From the IMG/VR virus record IMGVR_UViG_3300046692_000091, positions 143,261-207,260 of that record: 64,000 nucleotides of DNA; one strand, 5' to 3'. Positions within the stretch are counted from its first letter, which is position 1. The number at the start of each line of letters is the position of its first letter. The position numbers and the translations under genes were made by a program. A model generated the notes under the pieces. That model made no database searches and was not told where the DNA came from. It saw only the letters and a list, made by a program, of their open reading frames with translations. Positions 54,866 through 62,900 of this stretch are shown here, one piece after another. The stretch is from a virus.

Positions 54866-56125
54866 TTAACCTTTTACGCAGAGAATTTGTTTGAGAGTAT
54901 GGACGATGTCCACGAGTTGTTCTTGTGCAGACATTACGTCTTCGATGTTCTTGTAAGCTTTTGGTGTTTCATCGATGACAGAGATATCCTTACGACATTC
55001 TACACCAGCTGTATCACGGACATGATCTTCCAGGGTGAATGTCTTAGCAGCCTGAGTACGGGACATGACTCGGCCAGCTCCGTGTGAACACGAGCAGAAA
55101 GAATCACGGTTACCTTTACCACGGACGATGAAAGACTTAGCGCCCATCGAACCAGGGATAATCCCGAGTGTACCTTTATCTGCGTTCACTGCACCCTTAC
55201 GAGTTACCAGAACGTTGTTACCGAAGTGGCGTTCTTCTGATACGTAGTTGTGGTGGCAGTTGATGGCCGACATATCGGAATCGATTGGCAGACCTAGAGT
55301 ACGGTGGATAGCACCAAGAGTAGCATGCATCATGATCGAACGGTTAAGTGCAGCGAAGCGTTGTGCCCAGGACACGGCTTCGATGTAGTCGTTGTAATAT
55401 TGCGAACCTTCGGGGAGGTAAGCGAGATCACCATCTGGCAGATGAATGAAGAAACGTTTCATTTCTTCTTTTGCTTTCGAGATAAAGTAAGTACCGATTG
55501 CGTTACCGATACCACGAGAACCAGAGTGCAGCATCACCCACACTTGATCGGATTCATCCAGACAGATCTCGATGAAGTGGTTACCTGTACCGAGAGTACC
55601 TACATGGTTCCATGCACGAGCTGCAGCTTTCGCCAACTTAGGATGACGTTCTACAATACGTTCCAGATGCTTACGCAGTTTCTCTGCTTCATCACGGATA
55701 GCTTGAGATTGGTGAGTGAACACGGATACCGTACCAAATGCACCACGATCGTTCTTCCCACCGTTGTCAGTACGGCCATGAGGCACTGAGGCTTCGATAG
55801 CGGCACGCAAATGGCCAAGAGAGGTCGGTAGTGCTGTGGACTTAAAAGTAAGGCGCTGCGCAGCCATACCACAACCGATATCAACACCTACTGCGGCTGG
55901 AATGATTGCGCCTTTAGTAGCAACCACAGAACCCACTGTTGCACCTTTACCCAAGTGTACGTCGGGCATCACAGCAATGTGCGAATAGATGAATGGGAGG
56001 GCAGCAATGTTCTTGAGTTGAGAAATTGCTTCTTTCTCTACTGGTACGCCAACGGTCCAGCCTTTGATTGGTTTAGAACCTGGTTCTACTGTATCACCAA
56101 TCAGTTCAAATGTTTTCTGTTTCAT
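54866..56125 (-). CDS. rtcB: RNA-splicing ligase RtcB (3'-phosphate/5'-hydroxyl RNA ligase)
   Basis: Full-length RtcB signatures MPDVHLGKG, GCGMA, HSGSRG, CHHNY, IIPGSMG, SCSHGAGR; SD 'gtgaggctttatATG'. Confidence 0.85.
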   Translation of the reverse strand: MKQKTFELIGDTVEPGSKPIKGWTVGVPVEKEAISQLKNIAALPFIYSHIAVMPDVHLGKGATVGSVVATKGAIIPAAVGVDIGCGMAAQRLTFKSTALPTSLGHLRAAIEASVPHGRTDNGGKNDRGAFGTVSVFTHQSQAIRDEAEKLRKHLERIVERHPKLAKAAARAWNHVGTLGTGNHFIEICLDESDQVWVMLHSGSRGIGNAIGTYFISKAKEEMKRFFIHLPDGDLAYLPEGSQYYNDYIEAVSWAQRFAALNRSIMMHATLGAIHRTLGLPIDSDMSAINCHHNYVSEERHFGNNVLVTRKGAVNADKGTLGIIPGSMGAKSFIVRGKGNRDSFCSCSHGAGRVMSRTQAAKTFTLEDHVRDTAGVECRKDISVIDETPKAYKNIEDVMSAQEQLVDIVHTLKQILCVKG

Positions 56126-56160
56126 ATAAAGCCTCACGCGGATGGAAAGAGGAATTGTTA

Positions 56161-56186
56161 CATACACTGACTTTGCCAGTATTATT
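56161..56186 (-). promoter_or_regulatory. minus-strand promoter-like bipartite motif (AATACTGG-N11-TATGT) upstream of rtcB
   Basis: RC = taataATACTGGcaaagtcagtgTATGTaac; one of 5 copies. Confidence 0.45.
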
Positions 56187-56190
56187 AAAC

Positions 56191-56217
56191 GGCATAAGGG
56201 TTCCCCGGAGGGAACCC
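56191..56217 (-). terminator. hairpin + CTTATGCC (minus strand)
   Basis: RC gggttccctccggggaacccttatgcc. Confidence 0.5.
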
Positions 56218-56231
56218 GAATACTTACAGGA

Positions 56232-56549
56232 CTACTTGTTACTCAGATGGCATTGAAGATCTGCCATGACGTCGTCCGCAACCTTACGTCGCCCTAACAT
56301 TCCTGTTAGTTCTTCAAGGGTGCATTCTTCAGGGTCCCATTGACCTTCTAGTCCCATACAGGAGCAGTGTGATCCATGGACTTCATAGTACTTACCATTC
56401 TGTTCGTAGAGCACGTAGGCGGACCCACTGTAATCTTCGTAAGTATAGTCAGCGTGTATGATAGTTACCCCTTCAAGCTCAGACATCCGTACATCAAAAC
56501 TCAATGCTACGTCTTCAATATCACCTTCGGACCAATCGTTGTAAAACAT
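56232..56549 (-). CDS. hypothetical acidic protein (105 aa)
   Basis: SD 'aaaggtatagaacATG'. Confidence 0.5.
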   Translation of the reverse strand: MFYNDWSEGDIEDVALSFDVRMSELEGVTIIHADYTYEDYSGSAYVLYEQNGKYYEVHGSHCSCMGLEGQWDPEECTLEELTGMLGRRKVADDVMADLQCHLSNK

Positions 56550-56611
56550 GTTCTATACCTTTAAGCGTGATTACGATGCTCGTAATCTTCATTTGCTTAT
56601 TGCGTATAGTC

Positions 56612-56640
56612 CTGTATAATGTATCTCTACCAGTATTTCT
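56612..56640 (-). promoter_or_regulatory. minus-strand promoter-like motif ~75 nt upstream of 56549 gene
   Basis: RC = gaAATACTGGtagagatacatTATACagg. Confidence 0.4.
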
Positions 56641-56961
56641 TTATCTGGATGAGACAGCATAATGAGAACCCTAAGGCCCCCTATGCTTAAGTAATCTACA
56701 ATACCAATGGCCGGCCTGCTCTATCGCCCACCTATAGGGAGCGATCATTGGTAAATGTAGCGCCACGAGTTGGCAGTATCTTTCCAGTCACGGACACCAC
56801 TCATCGGGTGCCTCTATGGACCATCAAGATAGTTGAACTTATGACTCGGCATCAGAGAGACTGTCACATCTCTAAGCACCATTCGGGTTGAAGCTTGACA
56901 GGCTTCGTTTTGTAGGTCTTCCTCCTTGTGTGTAGTAACCGCGCAACGCTACACTCTGGTC

Positions 56962-56988
56962 GTATACTATTACGTTCTCAGTATTTTA
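56962..56988 (-). promoter_or_regulatory. minus-strand promoter-like motif overlapping radical-SAM stop
   Basis: RC = aaAATACTGAgaacgtaatagTATACgac; faces a 435-nt noncoding region. Confidence 0.45.
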
Positions 56989-57870
56989 TTTCAGGAAAGT
57001 ACCACAACTTGCTTGTACATCAGTACCAACGCGAGGAATTAGTTTTACACGTGCATTGGGTAATCGGCGTTTGATGTAACGATGTAAGTAATCGATATGG
57101 CCTTCTACTGGTTCACGAGAGTAATGCCCTTCTGGTGGATTGTACCGAACGATGTTCCAATTAACCTCTAACTGATATCCATCGATCACATCCAGGATAG
57201 CTTTAACATCAGCAAGGTTATCATTTTCATGTTCAATGAAAGCGTAGTGGATCTTCGGAACTTTGCCTGTGTGCAGCTGCCAGTCTTTGAGGATTGCGAA
57301 TGCATCTCGTGGGTAACCCGCTTTAGGTAACCAACGTTTACGAAACCGATCATTCAATGAGTAGACCGAATAATAAATCTCGGGGTATACCTCTGGATCA
57401 GTGAACACCGATTCAAGTGACCGGCGACTAAACTCTTCTGGCATGATAGTAGATATCAGGAACTTTGATTCAAGTCCATATCTGGCTGCACGTTTCTTTA
57501 AGCCACGCAAGATCTCATCGGCATTACTTAGAAAGATCTTATTAGCTAAAGGTTCGCCTCGTGCCATGAAGTTGAAATGGACCATCTTAGCTGGATGCTT
57601 GTCGGCATAGTATCGTAGGACTTCATCTGCTTGCTGCCAGAATTCTTCAATCGTGGTATCACGTAGTTTATTCTGACCTGTTGCAGTTAACCAGCACATC
57701 CGGCAAGCTTGCTTACAACCTGTCTGAGACGACAAGTAAACAATGAAGTAGTCATCAACCCGACGTACATATCGTGCCTCTAGCATCCCTGGGTGATCTT
57801 CAAAGCGGTGTTCGAAGTTTACTGATTGATCGAGTTGGGATACATGTTGTTTAAAGATTAGATTATCCAT
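56986..57870 (-). CDS. radical SAM enzyme (294 aa)
   Basis: 4Fe-4S motif TGCKQACRMCW (CxxxCxxC); SD 'agggactattagctaATG'. Confidence 0.6.
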   Translation of the reverse strand: MDNLIFKQHVSQLDQSVNFEHRFEDHPGMLEARYVRRVDDYFIVYLSSQTGCKQACRMCWLTATGQNKLRDTTIEEFWQQADEVLRYYADKHPAKMVHFNFMARGEPLANKIFLSNADEILRGLKKRAARYGLESKFLISTIMPEEFSRRSLESVFTDPEVYPEIYYSVYSLNDRFRKRWLPKAGYPRDAFAILKDWQLHTGKVPKIHYAFIEHENDNLADVKAILDVIDGYQLEVNWNIVRYNPPEGHYSREPVEGHIDYLHRYIKRRLPNARVKLIPRVGTDVQASCGTFLK

Positions 57871-58256
57871 TAGCTAATAGTCCCTATTTGCCATCCATCC
57901 AGACGTAGTGAGATATAACCTTTTCGACCTTCTTCTACATACACTGCAGTTGGTTCATATGCCCGGTAAGCTTTTTGTCGATCGGTAAACCCATTACGAA
58001 TATCATGCATTGCCATTTCTAATTTGGAACACATTTGTAGCGTGCTATATGCGCTGTCTCCACGCATGTCATTGAAATATGGCTGTAGTGCTGATCCATA
58101 AGCAACTACGGCTTCATTGATTGGTTGTGGACCTTTGTACCGGGTTAGCTCAGCTTCATAGGCATCGAACGCTGCTGTCTGTTTACGTCTAGCTATGCCT
58201 TGGTTAAGTCGTTCAACCACTGCTCGTTCGCGTGGCCGAAATCTGTTTGGGCGCAT
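57870..58256 (-). CDS. hypothetical protein (128 aa)
   Basis: SD 'aaaaggaatatacaATG'; TAATG overlap with radical SAM gene. Confidence 0.5.
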   Translation of the reverse strand: MRPNRFRPRERAVVERLNQGIARRKQTAAFDAYEAELTRYKGPQPINEAVVAYGSALQPYFNDMRGDSAYSTLQMCSKLEMAMHDIRNGFTDRQKAYRAYEPTAVYVEEGRKGYISLRLDGWQIGTIS

Positions 58257-58282
58257 TGTATATTCCTTTTGTATGATTGCGG

Positions 58283-58310
58283 GCATAAAGGCTATCCCGA
58301 AGGATAACCC
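58283..58310 (-). terminator. hairpin + CTTTATGCC (minus strand) after tRNA-Thr
   Basis: RC ggttatccttcgggatagcctttatgcc. Confidence 0.5.
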
Positions 58311-58335
58311 AATGCGAGGGGCTCTAAGGCCAATA

Positions 58336-58411
<76 letters not shown>

Positions 58412-58416
58412 TAATT

Positions 58417-58505
58417 TGGCGGAAGCATAGAGATTCGAACTCTAGGGGCTGTTACACCCGACGGTTTTCAAGACCGTTGCCTTAAGCCATCTCGGCCATG
58501 CTTCC
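58417..58505 (-). tRNA. tRNA-Ser (anticodon TGA), type II long variable arm
   Basis: RC = GGAAGCATGGCCGAGATGGCTTAAGGCAACGGTCTTGAAAACCGT...TAGAGTTCGAATCTCTATGCTTCCGCCA. Confidence 0.85.
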
Positions 58506-58520
58506 TGTGTTGCTTTTGTA

Positions 58521-58606
58521 TGGTGCGGACAGAGAGACTCGAACTCTCACGCCCTAAGGGCGCTGGAACCTAAATCCAGTGCGTCTACCAATTCCGCCAT
58601 GTCCGC
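58521..58606 (-). tRNA. tRNA-Leu (anticodon TAG), type II
   Basis: RC = GCGGACATGGCGGAATTGGTAGACGCACTGGATTTAGGTTCCAG...GAGAGTTCGAGTCTCTCTGTCCGCACCA. Confidence 0.85.
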
Positions 58607-58636
58607 TGTATATTATTACACACCAAGTATTTTTTT
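58607..58636 (-). promoter_or_regulatory. minus-strand promoter-like motif immediately upstream of tRNA-Leu(TAG)
   Basis: RC = aaAATACTTGgtgtgtaataaTATACa followed directly by the tRNA 5' end GCGGACA. Confidence 0.5.
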
Positions 58637-58637
58637 A

Positions 58638-59369
58638 TTAGACTACGCTGGGGGTGTAATTATTGGTGTAACGCACGTAGTTACTAATTCTTACATTACC
58701 TAGGTAACGAGGAACGTTATTAGCGTTGCTGTTTAGAGCACCTAGGTATAACGTAGACAAGTTAGCGAAGTTACTAGCTGGTCCACTCTGGAAGAAACCA
58801 GATAATGTTCCACCTGAAACTCCAGGCTGCATGTCTTGTAGTACGCCGTTAATATAGAATCTTAGGCGGCGATTAGTATCGCAGGTCATTGCGTATTTAG
58901 TGACTATATTCGTAAAGGTGTTGAAGGTAACTGCCGGGTAACGACACTCTGACTTCGCTCCACTGTTGCTGTTATCAGAGAACATCAATAGATTACCATA
59001 ACCGGCATCACCAAAGCGCATGGTGAAACCTTTGAGTAATGACGAATCTGTCATATAGAATTCGTTTGTCCAAGCCGTAGCATTACCTGGGCGAAGTTCT
59101 GACCACTCGATTGTCCAATTGGTACTAGACAAATCCAAGAGTGGGTTGAAAGCCATGAATAAACGCGAACCACTACCACCAGCTGTAGGCATAGATAGGG
59201 TTGGTTTATTATCAATTAGTGTTGTGTTACTCACCACTGCGCCAGCGGATATTGTGATGGGTCTATTACTAACAGTCTCGGTCACTGTGGCCATGTCAAT
59301 ATACAGGATCACATCACCTGTTTCTGGCGGGACCGAGCTCGAACTTGGTGATAGTAGTAATTCATACAT
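58638..59369 (-). CDS. concanavalin A-like/LamG-like domain protein (243 aa), paralog of 61416-62135
   Basis: Shared blocks with paralog: MYExLL, TGDVxxLYxD, NWTxEWS, RxGDxGxxxLxxxDN, RxSNxxRYTxNYTP. Confidence 0.5.
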   Translation of the reverse strand: MYELLLSPSSSSVPPETGDVILYIDMATVTETVSNRPITISAGAVVSNTTLIDNKPTLSMPTAGGSGSRLFMAFNPLLDLSSTNWTIEWSELRPGNATAWTNEFYMTDSSLLKGFTMRFGDAGYGNLLMFSDNSNSGAKSECRYPAVTFNTFTNIVTKYAMTCDTNRRLRFYINGVLQDMQPGVSGGTLSGFFQSGPASNFANLSTLYLGALNSNANNVPRYLGNVRISNYVRYTNNYTPSVV

Positions 59370-59433
59370 GTTGATTATCCTGGTTATATAAACATATAAT
59401 TAGGTGATAGTCAAAATCCCCTTTGCATAATAC

Positions 59434-59459
59434 AGCATAAAGCTTCCCCAAAGGGAAGC
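59434..59459 (-). terminator. hairpin + CTTTATGCTG (minus strand) after tRNA-Leu(TAA)
   Basis: RC gcttccctttggggaagctttatgctg. Confidence 0.5.
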
Positions 59460-59467
59460 ACTATGTT

Positions 59468-59554
59468 TGGTGCGGGGAGCGGGATTCGAACCCAGCGAGC
59501 CTGTACAGGCGGCGGCTTTTAAGGCCGCTATGTATTCCGCTCCATCATCCCCGC
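59468..59554 (-). tRNA. tRNA-Leu (anticodon TAA), type II; slightly irregular T-stem
   Basis: RC = GCGGGGATG...GCGGCCTTAAAAGCCGC...GGGTTCGAATCCCGCTCCCCGCACCA. Confidence 0.7.
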
Positions 59555-60408
59555 GTGTAACTAAATTCGGTCCCAGCATCCAGGATTCAAGCCCTGGTTA
59601 TCAACGAACACGGGGTCGTTGGTAGATCGCCGCTGGGCGAGCTTTTCATCCCAATGTACAGCTTGAGCTGGTCGCGGCATTCCGCTAGAGGTCAAACCGT
59701 TCCGAAGGGTCTATCTACTTACTCGCCTTACAACGCTTCAGAGTGATGGAGGGCAAGTAAAAGAATCGGGGTAACCCACTATTCCCTTGGCAGCGGTCAT
59801 GGTTTAAGATGACTTGCGGAATAGCTCGTTACATGGGTGCACTATAGCGTACACGTCGCTGCCTTTCGGCCTTCTCATCGATTACCAGCCGCAGCTAGTT
59901 CTCTGTGTATGGCCCAGTAGCCTCTTTACGGGAGTCATCTACTGGGAAGGTTACCACTACAGGACTATCACCTTCTATGGCCTGGTATTCCAACCAGTTC
60001 ATGTAACCAAGACGGACATCTGATCCGTTGCAGCCGAGTCGTAACGCTTCTTCGGTATGGCGCCTTAGTAGTCAGGACTATCTGACCTTTGGGGTATCAT
60101 GAGTACGGGCTTCGAGTTTCCCTGATATTCCACTATTCTAGTCTTTTGTGGAACGTCATTGGGTATCATTCGTAGATCTATACAAGTGTAACTCTGTGCC
60201 CTAGTCTGAGGATTAATCAGACACCTGTATTGATCCGAGCCTATCCCTTCCAGGCTAGGTCTTCACACTCCCACTTCTGGGGGAATGCGTATGTAAAAGT
60301 TTGATGGAACGATCCTCTACCTTCATCTATTCGGACTTAGGCGACCTTTTCAGCACAGTGGGGTGGAGTGCACTTACCCAACATCCTACCATGTCTTTCA
60401 CATGCTCT

Positions 60409-61083
60409 TTATTCGTGCGTAGTAGACAGCTCAGAGATAATGCAGATCGAACCATCTTCAACCGGAGTGGTATCGGAGTAATCAACCTGATTGTAAACAC
60501 CACCATGGAACTGGAAGGTTTCATATTTCCACGAACTATCTAGCTTCAGCACTGGGCAGACTGACTTACGACCTTGGCAAAGCACTGACGCCGATACGGA
60601 ACCAGCAGCTGTGACATGTAAGCTAATCTTGAATGGTACACCCAATGGAACGTCTTCTATTAGTGTAAAGTTGTTTATTAGTGCGTCATCGAAGTTAGCT
60701 CGGAAACCAGCTGTGATCTTCCCTTTATTCCAGAAGACTTTCAGTGGCGGAGTTGTAGCATCTTTGACATGGACTTGTGCAATTACCACTTTCTTAGCCG
60801 AGTTGACTTTAGTAACAGTCATCTCTTGGCGAGACCAGTGATGTGCTGCGCTAGTAAGAGACCAATAAGCTGGTTCTTTCCATTCACAGCGTGTGCGATG
60901 TGTACTTTTGCTGGACGCCCCTAATGTGGGCGCAGAGAGTTGAATAGAACCGTCTTCCAATTGACTGACCACTTCTGGACATCTTACCAAGGCTTCCGAA
61001 CCGAGGAGCTCCAATGCAACCGGATTCTCATCAGAGACCGGTAATGGAGTAGCAATCAAATAGTTACTGATATCAACGAACAT
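60409..61083 (-). CDS. beta-jelly-roll protein, tentatively polysaccharide lyase family 7 (alginate lyase)-like
   Basis: VIAQVHVKD resembles PL7 Q(I/V)H; FQFHGGVYNQ resembles PL7 YFKAGVYNQ. By-eye call only. Confidence 0.35.
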   Translation of the reverse strand: MFVDISNYLIATPLPVSDENPVALELLGSEALVRCPEVVSQLEDGSIQLSAPTLGASSKSTHRTRCEWKEPAYWSLTSAAHHWSRQEMTVTKVNSAKKVVIAQVHVKDATTPPLKVFWNKGKITAGFRANFDDALINNFTLIEDVPLGVPFKISLHVTAAGSVSASVLCQGRKSVCPVLKLDSSWKYETFQFHGGVYNQVDYSDTTPVEDGSICIISELSTTHE

Positions 61084-61101
61084 TTTAACTCTCTTTTGAA
61101 A

Positions 61102-61177
61102 TGGCGGGCATCCAGGGAGTCGAACCCCGAACCGACGGATTTGGAATCCGTTACTCTGCCAATTGAGCTAGACACCC
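61102..61177 (-). tRNA. tRNA-Trp (anticodon CCA)
   Basis: RC = GGGTGTCTAGCTCAATTGGCAGAGTAACGGATTCCAAATCCGTCGGTTCGGGGTTCGACTCCCTGGATGCCCGCCA. Confidence 0.85.
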
Positions 61178-61185
61178 GAATGAAG

Positions 61186-61267
61186 AAAGGGAACAGGAAT
61201 CGAACCTGCGTTTCCGGCTTGGTACTTATGGTGGCCACCGGTGTCCTAGGCCGCTAGACGACCCCTC
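61186..61267 (-). ncRNA. atypical tRNA-like element (possible pseudo-tRNA or noncanonical tRNA)
   Basis: RC has acceptor GAGGGGT/TCCCTTT and T-arm GCAGGTTCGATTCCTGT but ~33 nt of palindromic CCGGTGGCCACC...CCGG where the anticodon arm should be. Confidence 0.3.
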
Positions 61268-61384
61268 TCACAAACTTGGTCGGGTTTTTGTTAAACCAGG
61301 CTAACCGATATCCCTGGTCCCTATCGAGTAAGCTCTAGGGGAGTCTTACTCTTACGCTCGTTTGGAGACTTAACGACAGTCTCT

Positions 61385-61412
61385 CGTATACTATTACACT
61401 GCCAGTATTTTG
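61385..61412 (-). promoter_or_regulatory. minus-strand promoter-like motif upstream of tRNA-like element and tRNA-Trp
   Basis: RC = aaAATACTGGcagtgtaatagTATACgag. Confidence 0.5.
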
Positions 61413-61415
61413 TTA

Positions 61416-62135
61416 TTACAACTCTAGTGGGCCAGGAGTATAGTTACGTGTATATCTAGCGAAGTTACTAAGTCGAACTCTACCGTGATGCCCAGGAACA
61501 GCACGTACCGAACTACCGTTCGAATCACCAAATATAAGCGAGGTGATATTGATCAGTGCTGTTGGTGTAATCGTTTGCATAATGTAGGTTCCATTAGCTG
61601 CACCCTTAGCCAATGGGAGTCTCTGTCCATTACGGTAAATAAAGATCTGACCATTCTTACATACAAATGCCCATCTACTCAAATTACTAACTAAGGCAGC
61701 TTTAGTGAATTGGGTATTATAACAATCGGCTGGTGCAGAGGCTGTGTTATCCCCCAAATGGAGTCTGTCTAAGAAACCAGAGTCACCATACCTGAAGAAT
61801 AGTCCACGGCCAGCTGTTGAACTAGTCATTGAAAATTCAAGGGCATAGGCAGTAGGGGCGGTGTCGTTTATAGATGACCATTCTAATGTCCAGTTTATTG
61901 CACTTAAGTTGAGAGGGGCTGCAAATGTCATCACCTGTTTAGCTGCAACCGTTGGGTATTGCATACTGCCTTGCCCATCGATTAAATACCCAGCGTCAGC
62001 TATTGCTCCACCGGTATTGTTGGTGACGGTACCTAACCCAGATAGATCGGTGGCGGTAACTGGATCATACAAGAATAACACATCCCCTGTGTCCTCCACT
62101 GGTAAACTACCCCCAGCTAATAATGCCTCATACAT
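61416..62135 (-). CDS. concanavalin A-like/LamG-like domain protein (239 aa), paralog of 58638-59369
   Basis: Same conserved blocks as 58638-59369. Confidence 0.5.
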   Translation of the reverse strand: MYEALLAGGSLPVEDTGDVLFLYDPVTATDLSGLGTVTNNTGGAIADAGYLIDGQGSMQYPTVAAKQVMTFAAPLNLSAINWTLEWSSINDTAPTAYALEFSMTSSTAGRGLFFRYGDSGFLDRLHLGDNTASAPADCYNTQFTKAALVSNLSRWAFVCKNGQIFIYRNGQRLPLAKGAANGTYIMQTITPTALINITSLIFGDSNGSSVRAVPGHHGRVRLSNFARYTRNYTPGPLEL

Positions 62136-62198
62136 GACGGTGTGTCCTTTGGTTTATCAATTCAAACTATTGGGCGACATAAGAGTAGCCGAAGCTAC

Positions 62199-62393
62199 TC
62201 ATCCATAAAGAGTTCCCCAGTTAACAACTTTATTCAGTTGTTCTTGAGTAGGGATTTTATCTCTGACTCGTTGCTCGCATTCTTTATCGAATTGTTCCAT
62301 TCTGATACGTGCTTCTTTGAGCCTTTCTTTTTGTTCATCTGTCAGTGGTTCTAATGCGTTACGTGAGAGTGCTATTAAAGTAGCCAGGCTCAT
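62199..62393 (-). CDS. small helical protein (64 aa), member 5 of tandem paralog array
   Basis: MSLATLIALSRNALEPLTDEQKERLKEAR...; ATGA overlap with member 4. Confidence 0.5.
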   Translation of the reverse strand: MSLATLIALSRNALEPLTDEQKERLKEARIRMEQFDKECEQRVRDKIPTQEQLNKVVNWGTLYG

Positions 62394-62572
62394 ATCGTGA
62401 TCAGCCTATTCAAGAGTTCTTGTGAAGGAGCCGTACGCGCGTGGCGCTCGTCAATCTCTTTGTTATATCCCCGCATTCTTTCATAGAACGCTATATTCCT
62501 TTTCTCACGCTCTTCGGCAGATATTGGTTCAGCTCTTTTATTAGCCAGATCTATTAAAGCTTTCAGGCTCAT
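62390..62572 (-). CDS. small helical protein (60 aa), member 4
   Basis: MSLKALIDLANKRAEPISAEEREKRN...SQELLNRLITI. Confidence 0.5.
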   Translation of the reverse strand: MSLKALIDLANKRAEPISAEEREKRNIAFYERMRGYNKEIDERHARTAPSQELLNRLITI

Positions 62573-62736
62573 AATGAGATTACTCTGTTTAAGAGTTCTT
62601 CTGTAACTACTGAGGCTTTCCATTCCTTGGATAACCGGATGTTAGTCTGTCTCATTCTTTCTTGGGCAACGGAAAGGCTTTCTTCATGTGTACCATTGCG
62701 CGTACGAGCATCTTCGATGAGTTGTTCAAGTGTCAT
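62569..62736 (-). CDS. small helical protein (55 aa), member 3, not in ORF track
   Basis: MTLEQLIEDARTRNGTHEES...TEELLNRVISL; ATGA overlaps on both sides. Confidence 0.45.
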   Translation of the reverse strand: MTLEQLIEDARTRNGTHEESLSVAQERMRQTNIRLSKEWKASVVTEELLNRVISL

Positions 62737-62900
62737 AACGTACATCTCTTAGCTAAAAGTTCAGGGGTAACTTTCTGCTTCTCGAAGTCTTCAGCACACC
62801 GCTTATTAAAAGCAGCCGAACGTTTAGCATGGGCTGCCATGCGTTCTTCTTTAGTGCCCATGCTATCTCTTACAGCTTTACACAGTGCCTCTAGACTCAT
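62733..62900 (-). CDS. small helical protein (55 aa), member 2, not in ORF track
   Basis: MSLEALCKAVRDSMGTKEERMAAHAK...TPELLAKRCTL. Confidence 0.45.
   Translation of the reverse strand: MSLEALCKAVRDSMGTKEERMAAHAKRSAAFNKRCAEDFEKQKVTPELLAKRCTL

Noticed and set aside
59468-59554. Group I intron in tRNA-Leu(TAA), a common site, suggested by the adjacent 850-nt noncoding stretch
   Set aside because: The tRNA anticodon loop is intact (CTTAAAA); the noncoding stretch lies outside the tRNA.
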